Notes under the pieces: generated by a model
Seen by the model: only the letters and a program-made list of their open reading frames with translations
What the model was told of the DNA's origin: nothing
Databases searched by the model: none
Shown: in pieces, positions 1 through 9,839 of the stretch
Position numbering within the stretch: the stretch's first letter is position 1
How the letters are laid out: the number at the start of each line of letters is the position of its first letter
Position numbers and translations under genes: made by a program
Source of the DNA: Polyangia bacterium
GTDB lineage: Bacteria > Myxococcota_A > Polyangia > JAAYKL01
Direction of reading: 5' to 3'
DNA length: 64,000 nucleotides
Assembly: GCA_050287845.1 (NCBI GenBank)
Contig: JBNKCR010000017.1
Location: forward strand, 32,001 to 96,000

Positions 1-1
1 T

Positions 2-1012
2 TCGGGGAAATCCCTGGATCATCGGGTGGACGTGTATGCACTGGGATGCATCATGTTTGAGATGTTCACCGGACAGGTGCCATATACCGGCGATTCCTTC
101 ATGGCCATTCTAACCCAGCACATGTTTGAACCCATACCGGATATTCAGGAAATAAATCCGGCGTGTGACGTTCCCCCGTCGGTACTTAACGTAGTGTATA
201 AAGCCATGTCCAAGGATGCGGATACCCGCTATGCCAATATGTACGCACTGCGTGAAGATTTGCACCGTGCGCTGGCGGATGCCGATTTCGTGGTGGATTA
301 TCCTGGCCGGGACCAGTCCGCTTCCATTGTGCTGGGCAACCTTGCTGGCGGCACCAATCGGATTGCCACCCGTCGGGCCAACCCCATTTCAATGGCCTAT
401 ATGCAGAAAAGACCGCAATTCATGAAAGTGATTGTTGCGCTGATGCTGCTGATTGTCGGACTGGTGGGGTTATTGCTGTACACATGGCGGGATGATGATT
501 CGAGTGAAAGCGCTATCGCCGGAAGCCGGCAGGCAAAGGTGGAACCCCTGCCGCAAATTGATGAATCTCCCGCGCCACCACCGTCGCAGGAAACAGATAC
601 CGGGGAGGAAGCGTCCGCACCTTCCCGAATTACCGCCAGTTTTCTTACGGTTCCGGAAGGAGCCGTCATTCATATCGCCGGCATGGGGCAGGTGTGTTCC
701 AGCGCGCCCTGTCAGGTTGAAGTGGAAGTGGGCGTCCCCATTGAAGTCAGTGCCCGGGTGGGTGAATTCACCCGGACCGAGGTGTTCACTCCATCGACTC
801 AGAATCGGGAGTTGACTCTGATTGTCAAAACAGAAGAAATATCGGATACTGGTGAGAATGAGACAGACGGGGATACTGGCGACGTTTCGGTCGCGGCGAA
901 AAAGAATCTCAAGAAGAAACGCCGTCGAATTCCCGGTCGAAAATCCGGGAGAACCAGTAAAGGCAATGCAACTGGCGGGCTGAAGATTCCCGATTTGTTC
1001 AAAAATAATTAA
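2..1012 (+). CDS. Ser/Thr protein kinase, C-terminal part (5'-truncated by window), with TM helix and PEGA-like domain
   Basis: Kinase subdomain IX-XI motifs (DHRVDVYALGCIMFEMFTGQVPY, KAMSKD..RY), TM segment VIVALMLLIVGLVGLLLY, then TVPEGAVI..SAPC PEGA-like stretch. The frame is open from base 2. Confidence 0.85.
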   Translation, partial: SGKSLDHRVDVYALGCIMFEMFTGQVPYTGDSFMAILTQHMFEPIPDIQEINPACDVPPSVLNVVYKAMSKDADTRYANMYALREDLHRALADADFVVDYPGRDQSASIVLGNLAGGTNRIATRRANPISMAYMQKRPQFMKVIVALMLLIVGLVGLLLYTWRDDDSSESAIAGSRQAKVEPLPQIDESPAPPPSQETDTGEEASAPSRITASFLTVPEGAVIHIAGMGQVCSSAPCQVEVEVGVPIEVSARVGEFTRTEVFTPSTQNRELTLIVKTEEISDTGENETDGDTGDVSVAAKKNLKKKRRRIPGRKSGRTSKGNATGGLKIPDLFKNN

Positions 1013-1149
1013 CCGTAAACGGTCACTTTTCCCTTGATAAAAGCCCGGTTACCTGAAATACATCATCATTGAAAACTGGAAATTAGGAATTTCATTTCTG
1101 AAAATTGCAACATTGCAAGAAGATATGCAGGTTTATGTTGAGGCCGCAA

Positions 1150-1575
1150 ATGCACATTGTCTGGCAAAAAAAATATAACGTCAACGTGCTGGAAATCGAT
1201 GCGCAATACCGCAATCTGGTGGAATCATTCAATAGTCTGGTCCGGCTGGTCAAGCTGGGGGTCACATCATCCGAAGTTATCATCCAGGTGGATTTGGTGA
1301 AATCCCGGATTCAGAACTGTTTCAGCATTGAGGAGTTATATTTTCAGAAACTGGGATTCAACGATATCGGTCAATACCGACAGGCACATTCCGCCTGCAT
1401 GCTGCAGCTCAGCGCTTTCAGACAGAATTATGATCCGCAGCAACCCCTGATCAATCTGGCGCATATTGAAGGCATTGCCAGTACACTGCTCGAACACATC
1501 GCATCCAGTCATACAGAATTCAATACATACATGAAAGAAAACCGGCTTCGCACTTTCATGAAAGCACACGCATGA
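1150..1575 (+). CDS. Bacteriohemerythrin-like protein with altered metal ligands
   Basis: W..KYNVNVLEIDAQ, CFSIEE, QAH and EHI spacing follows the hemerythrin pattern. ATG 1150 follows GAGG. Confidence 0.65.
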   Translation: MHIVWQKKYNVNVLEIDAQYRNLVESFNSLVRLVKLGVTSSEVIIQVDLVKSRIQNCFSIEELYFQKLGFNDIGQYRQAHSACMLQLSAFRQNYDPQQPLINLAHIEGIASTLLEHIASSHTEFNTYMKENRLRTFMKAHA

Positions 1576-1630
1576 GAGCCGGCATTCGAATTGATTCTCT
1601 AAAAACCAGCTGACCAGGACAATTCGCGAT

Positions 1631-4063
1631 TTACCAGCAGCGCTTGCGTACCGCTTCATGCCATGCCACCAGGTCTGCGTCATTGGGCGTCATGATCAAC
1701 GCATGTTCAATCAGGGGCAGGGCTTTTTGTACCTCGCCCAGGTGGTAGAACAGGGCAGCGACGGATTTGAGCGCTTCGGGACTGGCATAATGTGTGAGAT
1801 ACAGCGCCTGCCACGCCAGTTGGACAGCCTGCTGTCGGGTTTCGCTGGAAATATGCTGGAGATGGTCGGCGGCGATGGTCAAATAGGTGGTCATCAGCAT
1901 TGTGTCATTCGGTTCAGCGAGCAGCGCATTTTCAATGATCGCCATACCAGCTGAAATTTCGCCGCGGGAGATATGGAGCAATGCCTGCATCTGAAGAAAA
2001 AGCGAACCGTTTTCATCCAGATAATCAGCCATCTGATTCAGAACGTGGGCAGCATCGCCATTGGCACGTCTGGCAATATGAATATCAAATTCGAGTTTGT
2101 CCATCATAAAAATATTGGCTGGAAGAGAGGTTCTCTCCCGAAGTCTCCTGATGGCCACCAGCGCTTCTTCATAATGGTGGGTTCTGAAAAGAAGGTCCAT
2201 TCGCAGCAAGGCCAGATCGAGAGGGGAGCTCACTTCATCATAATACCGGCTGACCAGTTCATATGCTCCCGCAAAATCACCGCGTCGACTCAACGTGAGG
2301 GCTTGAACAATGACTGCATCGTGTCCCGCTGGTGCTTCTCTCCTGGGTTTGGCCAGATGTAGAGATTCGCCATTGGCGCCTGCGGACACCATATTGATTG
2401 CCAGTCCTGAATAGCTTTTATCCAGAAAAAAGGAGATATTGTTTCGATGATCTGCAAAATTCGAAGCACCCCGACTCAATGCGACATAATTGGCGCCGGT
2501 GTTCATTTTAGGTCCCACGGCCGAATCAATACTATGCCATTTTTCCCCGTCCCAATATTCGTTCCACATGTGAAAGACCCAGGCGCCACCGTGGGTCAGG
2601 TACATTCCCGAAACCAGCCTGGTGGGAATACCGGCAGCCCGCATCAGCGATGCAAACAGAACAGAATGCTCGGTACAATCTCCATTTCCGTTTTTTAATG
2701 TTGAAACCGCGTCCTGCATGGTATGGGTCTGTTGTTTCACGGGCAAAATGGCATGCACATATTCTGCTATTAATCGCGCGGCCTTTTCTGAATCGTTCCA
2801 GAAAATTTTCGGGTTACGAATCCTTTCCGCTTTGGCGATAATTGGAACCGCGTTGTCGCACCGGTGGGCGGGTAGACTTCCCCGTTTTGACGCGGATTTC
2901 AAATATAAAAATGCATCTCGAATGGTTCTGGTATTTGTATTGATATATTTTGTGCTGGACAGATCGTCGTCGGTGGGCGGATCGTCACCATCTGGTCCTC
3001 CGGCGGTTACCTTCAGTTCCAGGGTGTGATCATCCAGCTGCTTCAGTGTCTGATTGTCAGGTTCCGCGATAAAGGCGAATTCATCGAGAGACAGTGGCTG
3101 TGAAGATACAATATGATATACCGCATCTGTGGCGCCGTCCGCAAATCCCAGATACGCATCAGAAAAAAGGCCTCGATACGGATCAGTGTATGCCGTGGGG
3201 TTTGAAAACCCATTGTTCGTGAGGGTTCGTGCCTGATGAAGAGAAGGATATTTTTCCACGTATGTACGACCATCGACACCAACAAACACTTTTACAACAA
3301 CCCGTTCGGTTCCCCGTCGAAGCGCTGACACCCAGGTACCGGCAATCAGGTGATCTCCAACGGTAATGGTTTCCTTTTTGCCGAGTTTCATATCCAGAGA
3401 AACGGATGCTTCGACTTTTGGCGTGTACCATAAAACCGACTTCTCTGTGTTGGCAGATGATCTCCCGGTTGCGATATTCTGCAGCAGACGGTTTAATTGA
3501 TTTCCGACCAGCTCATCACCCCGGATAGACAAAGGAGTTGGATTTGTCCGAATCGGACTTTCGACGGTTTCGAGATTTTCTTCAACCCGTTCCCACGTGG
3601 CGCCGTTGAATCCAACCAACGAAAGATGCACATTGCCTTCATCTATCGCCACATTGCATCCCCGTAAAAAAATGCCATTCTCTTTTAAAAACCGTTCGGT
3701 CTGAACAGTGAACCGATCCACTTCTACCTCGTGGGATTTGTGCCGGGTCACCAGATGTGAGATAGTGATTTCCTCCGGCCCCATCGGTCCCTCGGACGGA
3801 AAGGTGGTTCGGACCTCCCGTCCCACATCCATCCCATCCTGGGTGACGAGAAATATCTGATGGGTCCAGCCATTGGGACTGTCAATGGTATCGCAGCTTC
3901 GCGGATTCATCTCCGGCGCTGTTGTCGTTTGGCTGTTCATCTCGCCGGTGGATGGTGGTGCGATTGACCCACGGGGATGTTCCGCTGTTTGAATAGAACC
4001 ACAAGCCAGCGCAAATTGAATTAAAAGAAGTTGGATAAAAAAAAGTACTTTTCGTTTGGCCAC
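1631..4063 (-). CDS. Transglutaminase-like (Cys-His-Asp) lipoprotein with C-terminal TPR-like repeats
   Basis: Signal peptide ending in LAC, GDCTEHSVLFASLMRAAGIPTR, FHMWNE, WHSIDSA, helical TPR-like C-terminus. Confidence 0.8.
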   Translation of the reverse strand: MAKRKVLFFIQLLLIQFALACGSIQTAEHPRGSIAPPSTGEMNSQTTTAPEMNPRSCDTIDSPNGWTHQIFLVTQDGMDVGREVRTTFPSEGPMGPEEITISHLVTRHKSHEVEVDRFTVQTERFLKENGIFLRGCNVAIDEGNVHLSLVGFNGATWERVEENLETVESPIRTNPTPLSIRGDELVGNQLNRLLQNIATGRSSANTEKSVLWYTPKVEASVSLDMKLGKKETITVGDHLIAGTWVSALRRGTERVVVKVFVGVDGRTYVEKYPSLHQARTLTNNGFSNPTAYTDPYRGLFSDAYLGFADGATDAVYHIVSSQPLSLDEFAFIAEPDNQTLKQLDDHTLELKVTAGGPDGDDPPTDDDLSSTKYINTNTRTIRDAFLYLKSASKRGSLPAHRCDNAVPIIAKAERIRNPKIFWNDSEKAARLIAEYVHAILPVKQQTHTMQDAVSTLKNGNGDCTEHSVLFASLMRAAGIPTRLVSGMYLTHGGAWVFHMWNEYWDGEKWHSIDSAVGPKMNTGANYVALSRGASNFADHRNNISFFLDKSYSGLAINMVSAGANGESLHLAKPRREAPAGHDAVIVQALTLSRRGDFAGAYELVSRYYDEVSSPLDLALLRMDLLFRTHHYEEALVAIRRLRERTSLPANIFMMDKLEFDIHIARRANGDAAHVLNQMADYLDENGSLFLQMQALLHISRGEISAGMAIIENALLAEPNDTMLMTTYLTIAADHLQHISSETRQQAVQLAWQALYLTHYASPEALKSVAALFYHLGEVQKALPLIEHALIMTPNDADLVAWHEAVRKRCW

Positions 4064-4067
4064 CAGT

Positions 4068-4874
4068 TCACCTTAGCATGATGTAAAGGAGAACCAATGG
4101 AGCACCCAGCATCAGGGCATCACATCTGTCCAGAATGCCGCCATGTCCGGGAATCAGTTTGCTCGCATCTTTCACATTGAAGCTTCGTTTAATAAAGGAC
4201 TCCATCAGGTCTCCAACTTGAGAAACAACGCCCAATATAATACCGAGACCAACGGCGTGCAAAAGTTCCCATTCCTTCAAAAAAAAGTGCTGCATTGCAA
4301 TTGCGGCCAATACACTGCCCCCGATACCTCCCACAGAACCTTCCCATGTTTTATTGGGGCTGAGCACTTTGTGCAACTTGTGCTTTCCGAACAGTTTTCC
4401 GAAGGTATATGCAAAAGTGTCATTGAGAATGACTGAACTTAACAACAGAATCAACCACATCCGTCCCTGTTCGAAAAAGGGAATTAACCCGATGGCTCCA
4501 AACAGTCCACCGACATACAAAGATCCGGCTGTGGCCAGGGACGCATTTATCAGGGACTGTCGCGTATCTTTTCCCGAAAACATGAACAATCCGAAATTCA
4601 GTGGCGCGACGGTCATTAATAATACGGTTGGTGCCTGCGGGATCCGGGTTAGCATGCAAACGGTTCCGGCAATGACCGCGCTGAGGGACGAAACCCAGAA
4701 TCGAAATCTGGCGTACTCGTGATTGATTGCCATATTCGCAAATTCATATCCAGCCATGCCTGCAAGCACGGCGGCCGTCGCAGCCACATACACCGGATGG
4801 GCCAATAGAATCAGTGCCAGCACTGGCGGAATAATGATCAGTGCCGTAACAACGCGTAGAGCTAAATTTGACAT
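4068..4874 (-). CDS. cdsA: Phosphatidate cytidylyltransferase
   Basis: SPNKTWEG, GDLMESFIKR, IPGHGGILDR, multiple TM segments, directly follows uppS. Confidence 0.95.
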   Translation of the reverse strand: MSNLALRVVTALIIIPPVLALILLAHPVYVAATAAVLAGMAGYEFANMAINHEYARFRFWVSSLSAVIAGTVCMLTRIPQAPTVLLMTVAPLNFGLFMFSGKDTRQSLINASLATAGSLYVGGLFGAIGLIPFFEQGRMWLILLLSSVILNDTFAYTFGKLFGKHKLHKVLSPNKTWEGSVGGIGGSVLAAIAMQHFFLKEWELLHAVGLGIILGVVSQVGDLMESFIKRSFNVKDASKLIPGHGGILDRCDALMLGAPLVLLYIMLR

Positions 4875-5620
4875 TATTTTCCTATTGCGCCGTATCTTCG
4901 GTTTCTGCTGCCGTAGGCTGCCAGCGCGTCAGTCAGATCGTCTTCGGTGAAATCTGGCCACATTTTATTTGAGAAATAGAATTCCGCATAGGCACAACTC
5001 CATAGCAGGAAGTTGGACAGCCTCAGTTCGCCGGAGGTACGTATCATCAAGTCAACGGGACCGAGATTACCGGACCACAGCGCCTCGGTCAAGGTTTGAA
5101 CAGTGATCTGCTCAGGCATCAAATCCCCGCAGACACAGGATTTACAAATCTTCCGGGTTGCAGCGATGATTTCTTCCTGCCCACCATAGGAAAGCGCAAG
5201 GCACAGAGTCATTCCAGTATTATCTGCAGATTCATCCATCATTTGCTTCAGCGATTTATATACAGAAACGGGAAGCTGGTCTATTTCACCGATGGCAGTG
5301 AGTCGGATATTGTTGTCCATAATTGTGCAACGTTCACGACGTATATATTCGGCGAGCAATTCCATCAGCGCTTTTACTTCCAGAGATGGTCGCCGCCAAT
5401 TCTGCGATGAAAACGCATAGAGCGTCAGACATTTGATGCCACGGGCTCTGCAGGCGGTCACAACCATATCAACGGTTTTGGCGCCCTGCCGATGACCGGC
5501 GATACGATGCATTCCCTTGCTTTGCGCCCATCGGCCATTGCCGTCCATGATAATAGCAACGTGGCCGGGCAGATTTTCTACAGGAGAAATCATTTGAAAG
5601 CTCATACCATACCATCGCAT
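4874..5620 (-). CDS. uppS: Undecaprenyl diphosphate synthase (start uncertain, 5620 or 5605)
   Basis: HVAIIMDGNGRWA, YAFSSQNW, IRTSGELRLSNFLLW. Confidence 0.95.
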   Translation of the reverse strand: MRWYGMSFQMISPVENLPGHVAIIMDGNGRWAQSKGMHRIAGHRQGAKTVDMVVTACRARGIKCLTLYAFSSQNWRRPSLEVKALMELLAEYIRRERCTIMDNNIRLTAIGEIDQLPVSVYKSLKQMMDESADNTGMTLCLALSYGGQEEIIAATRKICKSCVCGDLMPEQITVQTLTEALWSGNLGPVDLMIRTSGELRLSNFLLWSCAYAEFYFSNKMWPDFTEDDLTDALAAYGSRNRRYGAIGK

Positions 5621-5774
5621 AACCTCAAAGAGTTAAAATATACGCTCATGTACCGTTTTATATCTGTAAACTTGTTGTCATTTCCCTTAAAAGAAATTTC
5701 AGATCACTTGGTTTTGCTTTACCCATCCCGGGCTGTGCGCAATATTAATAAAGTGAAGGATGAAAGAAAAAGAC

Positions 5775-6698
5775 ATGAACGAAGATCTCTATAAAGTATT
5801 GGAATTGCAACGCAGCGCTTCTGACTCAGACATCAAGAAGGCGTATCGCCGATTGGCCCGCAAATACCATCCCGATACCAACACCAACAATCCGGAAGCT
5901 GAAGAAAAGTTCAAACAGATAGCTGCCGCATACGCGGTTTTGAGTGACAGGAAAAAAAAGGAACTGTACGACAAGTACGGCATCAATGGTCTTCGGGATG
6001 GGTTTGATGAAAATCAGTGGCGTCAATATGGGGGGGGCGGCGATTCTGCAGGAGATTTCAATTTTGGCGGTTTTTCCGGATTTGGAGGTATGGAGAGCAT
6101 CTTCGAAACCCTTTTTGGTGGCAGTCGGGCCAGAGGTCGGGCAGGCCGGGTCAGTGGCTCCCCGCCATGGAGCACGTCCGGGGGGCAAAAGGGAGGCGAC
6201 GTCAAATCGAAACTGGATATTGATCAACTGGATGCGATTCTGGGACGGGAACTCGAATTGCTGGTTCCCATTGGTGGCCAGCAGAAGAAACTCAAAGTGA
6301 AGATTCCAAGGGGAATTGAAAACGGCAAATCCATTCGTCTGAAGCATCAGGGGAGTCCCGGCATGTTCAGCGGCTCTGCCGGTGACTTGATTCTTGAACT
6401 CAATATCCGGGACAATGGTCCATATCGGCGACAGGGGGATAACCTTATCCGGGAGGCGTCCATCACAGTTCCGCAAGCGTATTTCGGCGACACCATTTCT
6501 GTGGAAACCCCATGGGGAGAAGGCAAGCTGAAAGTGCCGCCCCATACACAGGGAGGCACCCGGATGAGAATTAAAGGGCATGGTATCCGAAAAGGGGAAC
6601 AAAAAGGCGACCTTCTGGTGCAAATCAATGTGCTTATCCCTGAGTCCACCGACAAGAAATCTGAAGAACTGATCCGTAAACTCGAAAAACTCTATTGA
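5775..6698 (+). CDS. DnaJ class B / CbpA-like co-chaperone (no Zn finger)
   Basis: J-domain with HPD (KYHPDTN), G/F-rich linker, DnaJ C-terminal domain, no CxxCxGxG repeats. Confidence 0.9.
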   Translation: MNEDLYKVLELQRSASDSDIKKAYRRLARKYHPDTNTNNPEAEEKFKQIAAAYAVLSDRKKKELYDKYGINGLRDGFDENQWRQYGGGGDSAGDFNFGGFSGFGGMESIFETLFGGSRARGRAGRVSGSPPWSTSGGQKGGDVKSKLDIDQLDAILGRELELLVPIGGQQKKLKVKIPRGIENGKSIRLKHQGSPGMFSGSAGDLILELNIRDNGPYRRQGDNLIREASITVPQAYFGDTISVETPWGEGKLKVPPHTQGGTRMRIKGHGIRKGEQKGDLLVQINVLIPESTDKKSEELIRKLEKLY

Positions 6699-7574
6699 GA
6701 AGTCAACCGTATTCTATTTCATGTTCTGGATGTTATTTACTCTGCCAGGAACACTCACCTGAAATGACATCGGAGGTAAGTCCTTCGATTTTTCCTTTTT
6801 TTTTATTCGTCAAGCCAATTGATGATTTATCGGCTTTCAGGGTGACTCAATATATATTCGATGGAAGCGTCGGATTTCGTTTTTTTGATTTTCCATATTC
6901 GGTGTTGCAGATACCCATCTCAATGAATCACAAAATTTGCCTTTCGAATATCCGGGTGTCCGGAACGGCGACCGGTTTGAATCCTTTTTGCATTCGCGCG
7001 AGACCAGCATCTTCAGACTTTCGTCCACTGTCCCTCGGTCGATGAAGTGTCAGCTACACATTGTTCGGGCTTTGCGAATTCGCATAGAAAACTGCTTGTA
7101 TTGCTGCGATTTCGTCGGTGGAAACAGGTGTTGGACCCCGTTTCTGGAAAGTATTATCAGCGCCGCTTTCTATCAATTCGTCCTGTTTTCGTTTGTCCCA
7201 GACATTGAAGGCAGCGATACATGCTTTTTATTCAGTAGTATTCAGTTCTACCACTTCAAGGAACGCCTCACCCTTTCAACCGACCAGAACCCCTATGACA
7301 TTTGAATTACCCGACTCTGAAACCAATCTTCTTGTTGGGTACCATTTTCTTTCATCTGCTTCTACCAGTACGTGTAGGATTATCAGACGAAACATGATGG
7401 CGGAGCAGTGATACCAACCGTACTGGCGAACTTCGGCACTGAAACTTACGATTCTTTCCAGTATTCAATGCAATTGGCTTCAAAACAGAGTATGCGGGGA
7501 GTGTATTTCGCTTTCCTGCTGGATATTTGGAAATTATACAGGTAAAACAACTCCAGTTTTTGCTGCAAGGCATA

Positions 7575-7590
7575 TGTTTCACGTGAAACA
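7575..7590. promoter_or_regulatory. parS site (ParB/Spo0J binding)
   Basis: Perfect palindrome TGTTTCACGTGAAACA matching the canonical parS consensus. Confidence 0.9.
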
Positions 7591-7631
7591 TTACTCTTCA
7601 GGAGTTCATGGTGGCGGTACCTGTAAAAAAG

Positions 7632-7650
7632 TTATCCACAGTTATCCACA
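7632..7650 (+). promoter_or_regulatory. Two tandem perfect DnaA boxes
   Basis: TTATCCACA at 7632-7640 and 7642-7650. Confidence 0.8.
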
Positions 7651-7666
7651 TGTTTCACGTGAAACA
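7651..7666. promoter_or_regulatory. parS site
   Basis: Second perfect TGTTTCACGTGAAACA, directly abutting a DnaA box. Confidence 0.9.
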
Positions 7667-7736
7667 ACGTAAAAGAAAGTGAGTAAAGACGCGGGTTTTA
7701 TAGCCCTTGATAAAATCGCAAATTTTTTATAACAAT

Positions 7737-7745
7737 TTATCCACA
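7737..7745 (+). promoter_or_regulatory. DnaA box
   Basis: TTATCCACA following an AT-rich stretch (about 7708-7736). Confidence 0.7.
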
Positions 7746-7786
7746 GGCTGGAAGAAGACAGATTTTTACTGTTATGGGATTTTAAT

Positions 7787-8461
7787 ATGAACGAAAAAAA
7801 GAAAAAAGCGGTGGTTTTGTTGTCCGGAGGCATGGATTCCTCGGTGGTATTGGCGGATGCGATATCCAGGGGGTATGAAGTGTACGCATTGACGTTTTAT
7901 TACGGACAACGACATCGGGTGGAATTGGAAACGGCAAAAAAGCAGGTGGCTGCAGCGAATGTTGCCAACCATATCGTTTTTGACTTGAATCTGGCTCAAT
8001 TCGGCGGGTCGGCGCTGACCGATAATATAGCTGTTCCACATAACATTGATGCCAATGAAATCCCAGTGACCTATGTACCCGCCCGAAATACGGTGTTCCT
8101 GTCTGTGGCGTTGTCTTATGCGGAAGCCATCGGGGCGAGGGACATTTTTATTGGCGTGTCTTCAGTGGACTATTCCGGATATCCGGATTGTCGTCCGGAA
8201 TTCATTGAATCCTTTGAGCGGACGGCCAATTTGGGAACCAAAGCTGCGGATGGGGGAGAACTCTTTCGAATTCATGCGCCTCTGATTCGCCTGAGCAAAG
8301 AAGAAACGGTGTTACTGGGGAGAAAATATGGGGTAAATTTCAAAAATACCCATACTTGCTATGACCCGACACCGGACGGTAAGCCGTGTGGAGAATGTGA
8401 TTCGTGCCGATTGCGAAAAAAAGGATTTGATGAAGCAGGATTGGATGACCCGGCGATTTGA
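7787..8461 (+). CDS. queC: 7-cyano-7-deazaguanine synthase
   Basis: LLSGGMDS, YGQRH, YVPARN, GYPDCR, CY..CGECDSC. Confidence 0.95.
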   Translation: MNEKKKKAVVLLSGGMDSSVVLADAISRGYEVYALTFYYGQRHRVELETAKKQVAAANVANHIVFDLNLAQFGGSALTDNIAVPHNIDANEIPVTYVPARNTVFLSVALSYAEAIGARDIFIGVSSVDYSGYPDCRPEFIESFERTANLGTKAADGGELFRIHAPLIRLSKEETVLLGRKYGVNFKNTHTCYDPTPDGKPCGECDSCRLRKKGFDEAGLDDPAI

Positions 8462-8483
8462 GGAGAACCGGACTGAATGGGTG

Positions 8484-9137
8484 ATGATGATGACGATGTT
8501 GAATGTATACTCGATTTTTTATTCTCTACAGGGGGAGTCGACTTTCATGGGATTGCCATGTGTTTTCGTCCGCCTTACCGGGTGCACTATCAAATGTACC
8601 TACTGTGATACCAAGGGAGTGGCAACGGCCATCGGGGATGACATGTCCATTGATGATGTTCTCGAGAAGGTAGCCACTTTCAATTGCGGGCTGGTGGAGG
8701 TGACCGGGGGAGAACCGCTGCAGCAGCAAAATGCGCCGGCATTGCTCCGGGCTTTGTGCGATGCCGGTTATCAGGTGCTGTTGGAAACCAGCGGTCAGGA
8801 GCCGGTGAATGAGATTGACAAACGGGTGCATATCGTCATGGATATTAAGACACCGGGATCTGGGGTGGCAGCGATTCTCAGTGATGAGAATATTCAATCT
8901 CTTAAAAAATCAAAGGCGCAAATTAAGTTTGTCATTACCGACCGCAATGATTTTGATTTTGCTGTGATGATGGAGAAGAAGTATAGTCTGACCCAGATGT
9001 TTCCGGTTCATATATCACCCATAGCCGAGTTGGACAAACGGCAGGTCGCTGGATGGATACTCAACTCCAGAATACCTTTTCGAATGCAATTGCAGTTGCA
9101 TAAAATCATCTGGCCAAACGCTTTGGGTGAGGTATAA
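8484..9137 (+). CDS. queE: 7-carboxy-7-deazaguanine synthase (radical SAM), start approximate
   Basis: FYSLQGE, CTIKCTYCDT, TGGEPL, QLHK, adjacent to queC. Confidence 0.9.
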   Translation: MMMTMLNVYSIFYSLQGESTFMGLPCVFVRLTGCTIKCTYCDTKGVATAIGDDMSIDDVLEKVATFNCGLVEVTGGEPLQQQNAPALLRALCDAGYQVLLETSGQEPVNEIDKRVHIVMDIKTPGSGVAAILSDENIQSLKKSKAQIKFVITDRNDFDFAVMMEKKYSLTQMFPVHISPIAELDKRQVAGWILNSRIPFRMQLQLHKIIWPNALGEV

Positions 9138-9294
9138 CCCGTCCGCTCTGTTCCGATCCATTCTCCCAGAATGTTATTTCGCCACAACTGTTCGTGAGAA
9201 GAAAGCCATGTTCATACCCTTTTATGGGGGAATTCAAAAAGTACGACCTTCATAAATATCTCGACCGTCGCAGTGAAAGTGAATCCGGGGTCCT

Positions 9295-9696
9295 TCAAGG
9301 CAGGAGGGTTACGACCAGCTCCCGATTGGAGCGGGGGCCGTCGAAATCACAGAAAAACACATTTTGCCAGGTGGAGAGCAACATTTGGCCATTCTCAAGG
9401 GGAATCATCTCAGAGGGGCCAACGATGCCGGCTTTGATATGGGCATCGGCGTTGCCGTCCACCTGGTCATGGAGCCATTGACCGGCAGGGGCTATCATTG
9501 AGAGACATCGGAGAATGTCAGTAGTGATGTTGGGATCCCAATTTTCCTGAATCATTACTGCAGCAGTGGCGCCGCGTGCGTAGACAGCCATCAGTGCACA
9601 TTCCGGGTGGGCGGCAGCGATACTTTTAAGGGCGCGGGTGACGTCCAGCATCTGCTGAGTCTGAGTAGTTTCAAGACGTATTGTTTTCCTGACCAT
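9295..9696 (-). CDS. yjbQ: YjbQ / UPF0047 family protein
   Basis: QENWDP, HD..DGNADAHIK, LSTWQNVFFCDFDGPR. Confidence 0.9.
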   Translation of the reverse strand: MVRKTIRLETTQTQQMLDVTRALKSIAAAHPECALMAVYARGATAAVMIQENWDPNITTDILRCLSMIAPAGQWLHDQVDGNADAHIKAGIVGPSEMIPLENGQMLLSTWQNVFFCDFDGPRSNRELVVTLLP

Positions 9697-9839
9697 TTGT
9701 TTGACTTTCCAGGGTGAATGTTAAATTTTAAAAGCCATTTATCGGTGAATGTTTACAGAAATTGAAGAAAACGTCACTTTTTTTGCCATATTCGGAACGA
9801 AAAAAACCAATGAAATTCTCTTACTCAAAGGAAGTGTGC

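Noticed and set aside
7787..9137. queC-queE as part of a 7-deazaguanine DNA-modification (dpd) defence system
   Set aside because: No dpdA/tgt-like or other dpd genes are in the window and the context is housekeeping, so queuosine synthesis is the simpler explanation.
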